Source: Patescibacteria group bacterium
GTDB lineage: Bacteria > Patescibacteriota > Patescibacteriia > GWA2-46-9
Assembly: GCA_041675205.1 (NCBI GenBank)
Contig: JBAYUF010000003.1
Coordinates: 111,025 to 175,024 of the forward strand
Length of the DNA stretch: 64,000 bases
Direction: 5' to 3'
The translations under genes were made by a program, and so were the position numbers. Below are positions 47,198-56,779 of this stretch, one piece after another. The notes below the pieces were generated by a model that did no database searches, was not told the origin of the DNA, and saw only the letters and a list, made by a program, of their open reading frames with translations. Numbering within the stretch: position 1 is the stretch's first letter; each line of letters begins with the position of its first letter.

Positions 47198-48277
47198 ATG
47201 TTTAAAAAATACAGAAACCTATTTTTAGCTATCAGCCTGGTTGTACTCATTACCGGTGGTTACGCAGTTACTACGACAGCGCTTCGCGCCGGCGTAACAC
47301 CGAGCGTGGAGGAAGAGGCATTTATCGCCACAATTGCTAAGGCGTTACCCAGTGTGGTGAGTGTCGTTGGCCTTCAAGAACAAAATGGTGTGCGATCTGT
47401 AGTGTCACGGGGTTCTGGTTTTTTTGCTACCAAAGACGGGTTGGTGTTTACCAACCGTCATGTGGTTGAGTCTGTGGGGGTAACGTACCGGGTTTTCCTT
47501 GGAGATGGTCGTCGTTTTACTGTGGATAGTCTGGCCATCGACCCGCTTAACGACATCGCTATTTTGAAAATAAAGGGAACAAATTTCCAACCACTGCCAT
47601 TCGCTGATTCTGACAAGTTGCAGATTGGCGCTACCGTGATGACGATAGGCAATTCACTCGGTCAGTATCAAAACAGTGTAACGCGAGGCGTGGTTAGTGG
47701 TTTAAATCGATCTCTTTCCGCAAGTAATGATGCCACTGGCGGCACCGAAACCTACGAAGATGCTATTCAAACAGACGCAGCTATTAACCCTGGAAATTCA
47801 GGTGGACCACTCGTTAACTCTCGTGGTGAAGTCGTTGGTATAAATAGTGCCGTCAATCGTCAAGGCAATGGGGTTGGCTTTGCGGTTCCTATCAATAATG
47901 CGGCCCAAGCGCTGAAATCGTACCAGAAGCATGGTCGCATTGTTCGTCCGTACGTCGGTGTTCGTTACCTTACGGTTACCCCAGACATTCAAGAAGAGAA
48001 GCGATTAGCGCAGGACTATGGGGCATTGGTGAGCGCCGGCGACATTCCTGCACCAGCCGTGCTCGCCGGTTCGCCGGCTGATAAAGCTGGATTAAAAGAG
48101 AACGACGTCATACTAACCGTGAATGGTGTACTCGTTCGCGGCCAAAACACACTGAAGCGTATGGTTGGAAAATTTAACCCAGGTGACACGCTCACGCTAC
48201 TCGTTAATCGAGGTGGAAAAATTGTAACGATTTCACTGACGCTTTCAGAGCTTGATTCGAAGCCGACGGGACAGTAG
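47198..48277 (+). CDS. HtrA/DegP-family serine protease with a PDZ domain
   Basis: TNRHVV, NDIA, QTDAAINPGNSGGPL, SPADKAGLKEND. Confidence 0.95.
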   Translation: MFKKYRNLFLAISLVVLITGGYAVTTTALRAGVTPSVEEEAFIATIAKALPSVVSVVGLQEQNGVRSVVSRGSGFFATKDGLVFTNRHVVESVGVTYRVFLGDGRRFTVDSLAIDPLNDIAILKIKGTNFQPLPFADSDKLQIGATVMTIGNSLGQYQNSVTRGVVSGLNRSLSASNDATGGTETYEDAIQTDAAINPGNSGGPLVNSRGEVVGINSAVNRQGNGVGFAVPINNAAQALKSYQKHGRIVRPYVGVRYLTVTPDIQEEKRLAQDYGALVSAGDIPAPAVLAGSPADKAGLKENDVILTVNGVLVRGQNTLKRMVGKFNPGDTLTLLVNRGGKIVTISLTLSELDSKPTGQ

Positions 48278-48280
48278 CGT

Positions 48281-49498
48281 ATGGTGCCAATCCGCATTGT
48301 TGTATTAGGTAGCGGCTTTGGCGGCGTTTATGCGTATCGCCGTTTAGCGAAGTTGCTTCGAGGTCACCAGAATCATGAGCTCACGCTTGTTTCCCGAGAC
48401 AACTATTTTTTGTTCAGCCCCATGCTGCACGAAGTGGCAACTGGTGGTTTAAATCGACACGATATCGTTCAACCCATTCGACAAATTGTACGGGTGGGAG
48501 AAGGTAAGTTTTTGAAGGCAACAGTGACCGGTATCAATGCAGAACTTCAGACGGTGCAAACTGATATGTGTTCATTGCCGTACGATTATTTAGTAGTGGC
48601 GCTCGGTGCTGAAACCAGATTTTCTGACATTCCGGGGGCTAAGGAGTTTACCCTCGGTCTAAAAACGATGCGCGACGCGGTGTGTATTCGTAATCGCGCC
48701 TTGAAGCTACTAGAAGCGGCTAGCGTCACAAAAGACTCCGGAGAGCAAGAAAGACTACTGCGGTGGGTAGTTGTTGGTGGTGGACCAACCGGCGTTGAGC
48801 TAGCACCTGAACTGGTTGATTTAGCAAACGCATACGCACGATCATCGCCAGAATGTCCGATAGAGAAATTAGATGTGCAGCTGTACCACGCCGGCTCCTC
48901 ACTATTACCACAATTTGGAGTACGAACCAGCAACTACGTTAGTCGTCTGTTGCGATTGAAAAGAATCACTGTTCACCTTACTACTGCAATCGAAAGCGTT
49001 GCAGAAAACAGTATTCAAGTTAAAAACAGTGTGATACCTGTTGGTCTGGTTGCCTGGACGGCCGGTATCTCACCGATAACCGTACCAATCACTCCTTTGC
49101 CCGAGCGTGGTACTACCGGGCGCATAATCGTTTCACCAACCCTTTTGGTGCCAAATACCAAGAACGTTTTTGTGGTAGGAGATTTGGCAGGGGTTGATGC
49201 ACCACAAACCGCACAAGCCGCAGTCGAGCAAGCAAAAGTCGCGGCCATGAATATTGTCGCGCTAATAAACAGAACGACACTGCAGGGGTATAGCTACAAG
49301 GAGCAAGGGCTTCTCGTCTCACTTGGGCAATGGAAAGCCGCCGGAACGGTCTATGGCTATTTCATTTCTGGTGCTTTTGCTTGGTGGCTATGGCGGACAG
49401 TATACCTATCAAAATTAGTTGGTACCGCAAATAAAATTCGTGTTGCCATTGATTGGACGCTCAATCTTTTTTACACCCGAGATACCTCAGAAGTATAG
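48281..49498 (+). CDS. ndh: Type II NADH dehydrogenase-like FAD oxidoreductase
   Basis: GSGFGG, FSPMLHEVATG, VVGGGPTGVELA, AQAA. Confidence 0.85.
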   Translation: MVPIRIVVLGSGFGGVYAYRRLAKLLRGHQNHELTLVSRDNYFLFSPMLHEVATGGLNRHDIVQPIRQIVRVGEGKFLKATVTGINAELQTVQTDMCSLPYDYLVVALGAETRFSDIPGAKEFTLGLKTMRDAVCIRNRALKLLEAASVTKDSGEQERLLRWVVVGGGPTGVELAPELVDLANAYARSSPECPIEKLDVQLYHAGSSLLPQFGVRTSNYVSRLLRLKRITVHLTTAIESVAENSIQVKNSVIPVGLVAWTAGISPITVPITPLPERGTTGRIIVSPTLLVPNTKNVFVVGDLAGVDAPQTAQAAVEQAKVAAMNIVALINRTTLQGYSYKEQGLLVSLGQWKAAGTVYGYFISGAFAWWLWRTVYLSKLVGTANKIRVAIDWTLNLFYTRDTSEV

Positions 49499-49518
49499 CA
49501 ATTTCAATCAAAATTCCT

Positions 49519-49547
49519 TTGACAAGTCGATAAAAAACTTGTACTCT
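49519..49547 (+). promoter_or_regulatory. Putative promoter of greA-lysS
   Basis: TTGACA-17 bp-TACTCT. Confidence 0.55.
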
Positions 49548-49587
49548 GTAGAGAACATATACTTAATGAAAATATCTGGCTGAGACA

Positions 49588-50034
49588 ATGATAACTGAAG
49601 AGGGGAGACAAAAGGCGGAGCGAGAGCTTGCTGATCTGAAAACTCGTTTGCGACCAGAGATTACAGAGCGTATTCGAAGTGCCAAAGAACACGGTGACCT
49701 CAAAGAAAATGCTGAGTACGCTGCGGCCAAAGATGATCAGAGCTTTACGGAAGCGCGGATAAAAGAATTAGAACAACTGCTTCTGTCAGCCGTTAGTGTG
49801 GCACCGACAACGCACGATAGTGTTTCAATTGGTTCGACAGTAACCGTAAAGGACGACGCTGAAAAAATGCAAACGTATATGATTGTTGGTATGAACGAAG
49901 CAGATCCAATACACGGTAAAATTTCTAACGACTCTCCCGTCGGCCAAGCATTACTCCATCGCCGGGTAGGGGATAGTGTGCCTATCGAAACCCCCCGTGG
50001 AAGTCGGGTACTGACTATTGTAGAAATTCGATAG
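49588..50034 (+). CDS. greA: Transcription elongation factor GreA
   Basis: HGDLKENAEY, ISNDSPVGQAL. Confidence 0.96.
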   Translation: MITEEGRQKAERELADLKTRLRPEITERIRSAKEHGDLKENAEYAAAKDDQSFTEARIKELEQLLLSAVSVAPTTHDSVSIGSTVTVKDDAEKMQTYMIVGMNEADPIHGKISNDSPVGQALLHRRVGDSVPIETPRGSRVLTIVEIR

Positions 50035-50035
50035 T

Positions 50036-51514
50036 ATGGCGGAACCGCACGACGAGCTAACGACCCGCCGGGCCAGACTCGTGGCACTTAGAGCGGCAGG
50101 AAAAGACCCCTTCCCAAGCACCGTAGAGCGAACGCACGAACTTATAGCACTGCGGGAACAATTTGAAACACTTCTAACTGAAACTGCCACCGTTAGTGTC
50201 GTTGGGCGAGTTCGAAGCATTCGTGAGCACGGTGGATCGACATTTATGACTATCGACGACGGCACGGCCACGATGCAGCTTTACTGCAAGAAAGATGACC
50301 TGGGAGACGACCAGTATGCGGCGCTGCAGACGATAGATGTGGCCGATTTTGTGTCGGCTAGGGGAACCTGTTTTCTCACTAAGCGTCTGGAGCCGTCGGT
50401 ATTGTGCAACGCAGCGCCAATAATTATTACAAAAGCGCTTCGACCGCTGCCTGAGAAATGGCACGGGCTTAGTGACGTTGAGATACGATACCGCAAGCGA
50501 TATCTTGATTTGCTTGTCAACGAACCAGCCAAAAAAACTGCCTTGACTCGTGCGGCGCTACTTCGCGAACTCAGGAACTTCCTTGATGAAAATAGCTACA
50601 TTGAAGTTGAAACGCCTATTCTGCAAGATATTCCAGGTGGCGCAACTGCCAGGCCATTCATGACACACTTTAATGCACTCGACCTCGACATGTACTTACG
50701 AGTAGCGCCCGAGTTATTTTTAAAACGACTACTGGTTGGTGGCATCCCGAAGGTGTATGAAATCGCTCGTTGTTTCCGAAACGAAGGCATAGACCACAGC
50801 CACAACCCCGAGTTTACGCAAGTTGAAATGTACGAGGCCTTTGCGGATTACGAAGCCTACATGCGGTTTGTTGAAAAAATGCTCTCTACTCTGCTGCTGC
50901 GATTAACTGGCGGCATGACGGTGGTGGGCCCGACTGGAGAGACGATTGACTTTACGCCTCCGTACGCACGAAAAGACTGGATGACCACTTTAAATGAAGC
51001 GGCGAAGATAGACGTAGGTGCCCTTGACGACGTGGCACTCAAGGCGTTTATGGAGGAACGAAATATAGATTGTGAAGTAACCGACGGCCGCGGAACATTG
51101 CTCGATAAGACGTACAAGGTTCTCGTGCGACCAAATATTCTGCAGCCGACATTTTTAATTCACCATCCGGTCAGTCTATCGCCATTAGCGAAACGCCTGA
51201 AAGGTAATAGTGAGCTTACCGAACGTTTTCAGCTTGTGCTTGGAGGAGGCATCGAACTTGTAAACGGCTTCTCTGAATTAAACGACCCAGATGATCAACG
51301 TGAGCGCTTTGAAGGGCAAGAAAAATTACGTGATTCGGGCGATGAAGAAGCACATCGCATTGATGAAAATTTCATTACTGCGCTCGAGCACGGTATGCCG
51401 CCGGCGGCTGGCCTTGGCATGGGGATTGACCGCTTGGCGGCCCTTATTACAGGCAACACTACCTTGAAAGAAGTCATCCTTTTCCCGACATTGCGACCAG
51501 AAGCTGAGAACTAA
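50036..51514 (+). CDS. lysS: Lysine--tRNA ligase (class II)
   Basis: YRKRYLDL, GGATARPF, FRNEGID, HNPEFT, GMPPAAGLGMGIDRL. Confidence 0.97.
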   Translation: MAEPHDELTTRRARLVALRAAGKDPFPSTVERTHELIALREQFETLLTETATVSVVGRVRSIREHGGSTFMTIDDGTATMQLYCKKDDLGDDQYAALQTIDVADFVSARGTCFLTKRLEPSVLCNAAPIIITKALRPLPEKWHGLSDVEIRYRKRYLDLLVNEPAKKTALTRAALLRELRNFLDENSYIEVETPILQDIPGGATARPFMTHFNALDLDMYLRVAPELFLKRLLVGGIPKVYEIARCFRNEGIDHSHNPEFTQVEMYEAFADYEAYMRFVEKMLSTLLLRLTGGMTVVGPTGETIDFTPPYARKDWMTTLNEAAKIDVGALDDVALKAFMEERNIDCEVTDGRGTLLDKTYKVLVRPNILQPTFLIHHPVSLSPLAKRLKGNSELTERFQLVLGGGIELVNGFSELNDPDDQRERFEGQEKLRDSGDEEAHRIDENFITALEHGMPPAAGLGMGIDRLAALITGNTTLKEVILFPTLRPEAEN

Positions 51515-51516
51515 GT

Positions 51517-51963
51517 ATGCGTAAACGAGTACTCGTTTTTGGTACGTTTGATGTGCTCCACCCAGGACACGTGCGGTTTTTGACGGCCGCTGCCAAATTT
51601 GGTTCGGTAATGGTGGCGTTAACACCAGATACACTTGTAACTACCTACAAAGGGAGGCCACCAGTTAATAGCTATTCCGTGCGGGAGGGTAGACTGCGCG
51701 ATATGGCCGTTGTTACGGATGTTGTGGCTGCCGACAATACACCAAATACGTACGATATAATCGAAAAGCTTCGGCCAGAGGTACTTGTGCTTGGTTACGA
51801 TCAGACTGGCCTCCGTGCTACTATTACAAAAAAGCTATCAGAAACCGAAATCAGCGCCTCAATTCGTATGATTGAAGCCTACCGGTCAGATGTTTATAGG
51901 TCGTCACGACTACGAGCCTTAGCAGAAAAAACGATTTCAACAACTAGTGCCGCAACGGTATGA
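51517..51963 (+). CDS. Cytidylyltransferase-family protein (RibL/TagD-like)
   Basis: FGTFDVLHPGH, LGYDQ. Confidence 0.85.
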   Translation: MRKRVLVFGTFDVLHPGHVRFLTAAAKFGSVMVALTPDTLVTTYKGRPPVNSYSVREGRLRDMAVVTDVVAADNTPNTYDIIEKLRPEVLVLGYDQTGLRATITKKLSETEISASIRMIEAYRSDVYRSSRLRALAEKTISTTSAATV

Positions 51964-53240
51964 TAGATATTGACCTTATTAGAAAAGACCCGGAGCAATT
52001 GCGAGCTTCCGTCCGCCGCCGCGGCGGCAATGAAAGTTCGGTCGATGCTTTAATAGCACTTGACAATGAGTGGCGTGAAGCAACTGAGCGGGTTGACGCT
52101 TTGCGCAAAAAGCAAAAAGAACTTTCCGCAAACCGCAACATTGAGGCTGCAAAAGTAAACAAGGAAGAAATTAAAAAAGAGGAGGTTCTCCTTAACGAAG
52201 TTGCGAGTGCGCGACAAACGGCGTGGCGACTTCTTCCAAATATTTTGGCTGATGACGTTCCTGACGGTAAGGATGATAGTGAAAATGTGGTGCTGAGAAA
52301 ATGGGGGAGTGTACCGCCAGTCGTCTTCCCACCAAAGGATCACCTCGCGCTTGGTGAAGCACTTGGCATAATCGATATGGCCAAAGCAGCGGAGATATCT
52401 GGTGCACGCTTTTATTATCTCAAGGGTGATGCAGCACTTTTAGAATTTGCACTCGTGACCCACGCTATGCGGCGGCTTACGAATCGCGAATGGCTGCGGC
52501 CAATTGCTGAGCGTGCAGGCGTGAGTGACAAGCCATTTATACCAGTTGTGCCGCCAGTCATCATCAAGCCAGAAACCTACATTAGAATGGCTCGGCTTAC
52601 GCCCGGCGTAGATGAGGATGAACGCTACTACCTGCCTCAGGATAATCAGTACCTGGTTGGCAGTGCTGAACATAGCCTTGGACCGCTACATATGGATGAG
52701 ACCTTACCGGCCGACAGTGCCCCCATTCGCTATGTTGGTTTTTCGACCTGTTTCAGACGGGAAGCTGGGTCATATGGAAAAGACACGCGCGGCATGATTC
52801 GTGTTCACCAGTTTGATAAAGTTGAAATGGAAAGTTTTACAACGTCAGCCCTGGGTATTGCTGAACAGAATTTTTTTGTTGGTATCCAGGAGGCACTGCT
52901 GCAGGAACTTGGCATCCCACACGAGGTTATTGCGGTATGTACTGGTGACATGGGTTCACCTGACGCAAGACAACTAGATATTAATTGCTGGCTACCAGCC
53001 CAGCAAACGTATCGTGAGACGCATTCAGCAGACTACATGGCCGACTTTCAGGCCAGAAGGCTCGGTACGAGGCTTAAAACAGCTGCGGGTAATGAATTTG
53101 CCCACATGAACGATGGCACTGTTTTTGCCATAAGCCGCATGGTGGTTGCAATACTCGAAAATTTTCAGAATGAAGATGGATCAGTAACGATACCGGAAGT
53201 ATTGCGGGATTTCATGGGGAAAGACACGATAGCCGCATAG
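51960..53240 (+). CDS. serS: Serine--tRNA ligase
   Basis: FRREAGSYGKDTRGMIRVHQFDKVE, FQARRL. Confidence 0.97.
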   Translation: MIDIDLIRKDPEQLRASVRRRGGNESSVDALIALDNEWREATERVDALRKKQKELSANRNIEAAKVNKEEIKKEEVLLNEVASARQTAWRLLPNILADDVPDGKDDSENVVLRKWGSVPPVVFPPKDHLALGEALGIIDMAKAAEISGARFYYLKGDAALLEFALVTHAMRRLTNREWLRPIAERAGVSDKPFIPVVPPVIIKPETYIRMARLTPGVDEDERYYLPQDNQYLVGSAEHSLGPLHMDETLPADSAPIRYVGFSTCFRREAGSYGKDTRGMIRVHQFDKVEMESFTTSALGIAEQNFFVGIQEALLQELGIPHEVIAVCTGDMGSPDARQLDINCWLPAQQTYRETHSADYMADFQARRLGTRLKTAAGNEFAHMNDGTVFAISRMVVAILENFQNEDGSVTIPEVLRDFMGKDTIAA

Positions 53241-53253
53241 TAAGTGGTTCTTG

Positions 53254-54081
53254 ATGCGAGTATTTACCCGACAGCAAACTCCACCACGGCAACCATTTCC
53301 TGTTCGTTCAAAGCGCCAAACCGTTTCTAGGAAGTCTCGGCTCATTTTTTACATTGTGCTATTGCTTTTGGCGTACGGAACGTTTGGTACCAATTTCTTT
53401 TACGCCCATACCATTACTGTCGAGGGAACAACCTATTTACGACCACAAACTGTTGCTGCTGAAGCAGCGCAGTATTTAGAGAGCCACCCGAGACTTGGTT
53501 TTATTTCCTCAAGATATTTTTTTACGCTTCCAACCCAAAAACTTCGCGAGGCGCTAACCTCTGTTCGGGTGCAACGAATTGAAATTGACCGGCTGCCACC
53601 AGGCGAACTACGCATTCGAATTACTGAAAATATTCCTGTTGCAAACATCACAGCAGCCAACAGGTGGTACGAGGTTGATGTTGCAGGTACGGTTATCGGA
53701 GAGTCATTTGCACCAAAACCGTCTGGCATTAAAATAGCTCTCGTTGACCACATTGACCCTTTGGTAAATGGTTCAGAAGCGCTGCCACCGGAGATTCTTA
53801 GTTGGTTGCAGAGTGCTGACGCGTTACTACCAGTTGACATTCCTGGTATGGCTGCTCTAGAACGAAATTATTTTGTTGATAAAAATAATCTCTATTCAAT
53901 TAGCGTTGTGATGGATGCTGGTTGGTCGCTCCGGCTCAATAGGGAACTACCGATGGATGTGCAAGTTACCAAGCTCAAAGCATTCTATGAAAACCGAATT
54001 GCTAGCAGTAAACCTTGGCCGGGCAGTTTGCGATACATTGATCTCCGTTTCTCAAATACAAGAGTGTACTACCAGGAATAA
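53254..54081 (+). CDS. FtsQ/DivIB-like cell division protein
   Basis: TM helix, POTRA-like region (ITVEG, LRIRITE), C-terminal YIDLRF. Confidence 0.75.
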   Translation: MRVFTRQQTPPRQPFPVRSKRQTVSRKSRLIFYIVLLLLAYGTFGTNFFYAHTITVEGTTYLRPQTVAAEAAQYLESHPRLGFISSRYFFTLPTQKLREALTSVRVQRIEIDRLPPGELRIRITENIPVANITAANRWYEVDVAGTVIGESFAPKPSGIKIALVDHIDPLVNGSEALPPEILSWLQSADALLPVDIPGMAALERNYFVDKNNLYSISVVMDAGWSLRLNRELPMDVQVTKLKAFYENRIASSKPWPGSLRYIDLRFSNTRVYYQE

Positions 54082-54100
54082 GGTATTCGTAGATTGTGTA

Positions 54101-54160
54101 CCGCTGCCGGCCGTTTATTAACGGTATTACATTGCCCCGCTGCTGGCCGTCTATCGACGG
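54101..54160. repeat. 24 bp imperfect direct repeat, each copy with a hairpin
   Basis: ccgctgccggccgtttattaacgg / ccgctgctggccgtctatcgacgg (20/24). Confidence 0.7.
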
Positions 54161-54603
54161 CACAACAGACTTAGTAAACATTCCAACACGGTCGGAATGA
54201 TAGCTGTTGTAGCAGGACTACTATCATTGTAAGCATTTTGATATTTCAAAATGTAAATTAATGTTGTGCGACACTTGGCTTGGTTATATTTAGTACGAGT
54301 CAGGGAAGGGGTAGAATAGGTATATCCATCAAAAACATGCACGCTGAGAGCCGTTTAAATGACCCAGGAGGCCGATGAAAGTTGCTATAGGTAAACTAGT
54401 GCTCAAAAGGAATTTTATAGATTCTGAAAGATTATTTATAAACCCGGAAGTTGGCATTTGTCCTGAATGCATATTTAATCTATCCGCCGGACAGAATATG
54501 GGAACGCAACACCTGCAATAGCGATCAGAACAAAAGGTGAACGTATTGGGAACCACGCCGGATATTAAAAGTATTAGTAGAAGCAAAGAAAACCATGATT
54601 GAT

Positions 54604-54631
54604 GTGTCGCATAAGATATATTGTGCGACGT
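54604..54631. other. Putative dif (Xer recombination) site
   Basis: gtgtcgcataa-gatata-ttgtgcgacgt in 11-6-11 layout; shares CGCATAA with the E. coli XerC arm; lies at the gene-orientation switch. Confidence 0.65.
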
Positions 54632-54852
54632 TAGAGTATCTGTTTCCTTAAGCTATTTGAATACTCCCCTTAGGGTTAACCGCGCGGTCAGGTACTGCTG
54701 ACGACATCTTTTTACGTCTTGTTCTTGTTGTGACAACCAAGACGCAATCATCACACGAATATATTTTTAAAGTAGGGCGTTGCAGTGCGAAAATTGAGTG
54801 TGGCGAAACAATTCAAAGAGGTCTCTCCCCTGCCCCATTATTTAATAATGAA

Positions 54853-55578
54853 CTAGGTCGCTGTTGGGGTTCTCACCATGTAGGTATCATCGTTCTCCTG
54901 GTCGTGACGCACCAAGATAAACACCAATAAAAATGCGGCACAATATAATAGACGAAAAATAACCAGCGCCCAATCGTCAACAATTTTTGCTAGGTCGATA
55001 CCACCGAGTGCCACGTAGAGTAATATGGCGAGGTCATACCAAATTTCATGGTTGTGGCCGTCGGCCTGTTTGTCGTGTCGATGACGAATAATATTAGTGA
55101 GAAGTAAAAGCGCCACAACAGCAATCTCAACTCTGAATATCATACTCGACACTACATTTGCGACAGCCTCAGCCGTAAAAAAGCTGATTGGTGCAAAAAA
55201 TATTCCGCTTGGCTGAAAAAGAAAGTATGTTCCTATAATGCCTGCTATGGCTGCTTGTCCAGCAAGTAGTCGCGCCACCACCTTGCTTCTAAAAACCTTA
55301 ATTCCGACATAGTAAAACAATGGCACACCACTCAAAAAGACAGTGGCTTGACTGAGGACAGATGACTCATAGCGAGGAAAATCTTCAGCGAAGATACCGA
55401 AACCAAAATTACGAATCGCATTTTGCAACCAGAGAAAGCCAGTCGCGAGCCAAAAAAAACTGTACGAACGATACCGATCATTCTCACGTTTCAATAACTC
55501 ATATACGAGTACAAACGCCACGGCAGCAATAACAGCCGTTACAAAACCGTGAAATACAATTCCGATAGCTATAGGCAT
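54853..55578 (-). CDS. Hypothetical polytopic membrane protein (about 7 TM)
   Basis: 241 aa with regularly spaced hydrophobic helices. Confidence 0.75.
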   Translation of the reverse strand: MPIAIGIVFHGFVTAVIAAVAFVLVYELLKRENDRYRSYSFFWLATGFLWLQNAIRNFGFGIFAEDFPRYESSVLSQATVFLSGVPLFYYVGIKVFRSKVVARLLAGQAAIAGIIGTYFLFQPSGIFFAPISFFTAEAVANVVSSMIFRVEIAVVALLLLTNIIRHRHDKQADGHNHEIWYDLAILLYVALGGIDLAKIVDDWALVIFRLLYCAAFLLVFILVRHDQENDDTYMVRTPTAT

Positions 55579-55580
55579 AC

Positions 55581-56777
55581 TTATGGTAGATAGTTTAATG
55601 GATTAACTGGAGAGCCATTTAAGTGCACCTCAAAATGTAGGTGTGCGCCAGTGCTAAACGGCCCCGATCCTGGTTGATTTGGTAACCCACCTGACAGGGC
55701 AATGGGTTGTCCTTGGGTTACAAATGACCCGGCACTGACGAGCGGCTTAGATATATGCCCAAACACCGTTGTAATGTTTCCGTCGTGAATAAGCACGACA
55801 TACCAATAATTTTTTGGGCTTCCAGTCCTCACTTTAGCAACGTAACCTGCAGCCGGCGCACGAATCGTTGTTCCGGCGGCGGCGCGAATATCAATGGCAT
55901 TATGTTCAAAGAGCTGTTTAAATGGGTAATCAATGTCCCGAAACAGCGTGGTCACTCTGTTTTTTGGTACCGGCCAAATAAGCGGCGGTGCCTGACCAGT
56001 GTCCACTACCCCCTGCTCTTTAAGTTTTTGACGAACACTCACTTCTAGTGCCGCTACATCAGCATTTGCCGCTTCCTGTTCTCGCTTAGCTTCTTGGAGT
56101 AATGCTTCAAATTTCTTCTCTGAGGATTGCGTTACTGAAAGTATACGTTCCTTTAACAGTTGCTGCTCTTCGAGCTTTGAATGTTCGTCTTGCAAAACCT
56201 CTGAAGCGCCGAGTAGCTCATCACGCTTTCCACTGAGTGAATCATGTTGGGTCGCAAGCGTGGCCTTTATTTCGGCGACGCCATCAATGGCTTCACCAAT
56301 ACGCACTTGCAACACCTGCACTTTTTGCAAAGACGTATAGAAATCTGAGAAACTGCCGGTGGCAAAAAATGTATGCAGTGGACTGCGAGACCGCTGCAAG
56401 GCCATGTACCGTAGCAGGCCACCTAAATCAAGCTTTAATTCACTAAGCTCACCTTCACGTAAGCTGATAGCTTCTTCCAGTCCGTTAATTTCAAGATTTT
56501 TTGATTCTATAGAAAGTTGCGTGCTTTCAATTTGGGTTTCTGTTCGACTTACCGTGTCGGCCAGAATGCCTAGCTGGTTCGCCAACGTGCGGCGTTCTTG
56601 TTGTTTTTGACGAAGGCTCGCTTCATATTTTTTCGCAGTATCTTGTAGTCGCTGAATTTGCTCCTGCTTCGCTTTAATTTGTGCCTGTAATTCATCAACA
56701 CTTTCCGCCCTGCTTTGAAGCGGCACAAAAAGCAGTAGCGCGACCAACGTAAGGGTAAGTCCACGAGTAAAGAACAT
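55581..56777 (-). CDS. Coiled-coil M23-family peptidase (EnvC/PcsB-like)
   Basis: Signal peptide, long coiled coil, HNAID, STGAHLHFEV, NPLNYL. Confidence 0.9.
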   Translation of the reverse strand: MFFTRGLTLTLVALLLFVPLQSRAESVDELQAQIKAKQEQIQRLQDTAKKYEASLRQKQQERRTLANQLGILADTVSRTETQIESTQLSIESKNLEINGLEEAISLREGELSELKLDLGGLLRYMALQRSRSPLHTFFATGSFSDFYTSLQKVQVLQVRIGEAIDGVAEIKATLATQHDSLSGKRDELLGASEVLQDEHSKLEEQQLLKERILSVTQSSEKKFEALLQEAKREQEAANADVAALEVSVRQKLKEQGVVDTGQAPPLIWPVPKNRVTTLFRDIDYPFKQLFEHNAIDIRAAAGTTIRAPAAGYVAKVRTGSPKNYWYVVLIHDGNITTVFGHISKPLVSAGSFVTQGQPIALSGGLPNQPGSGPFSTGAHLHFEVHLNGSPVNPLNYLP

Positions 56778-56779
56778 AG

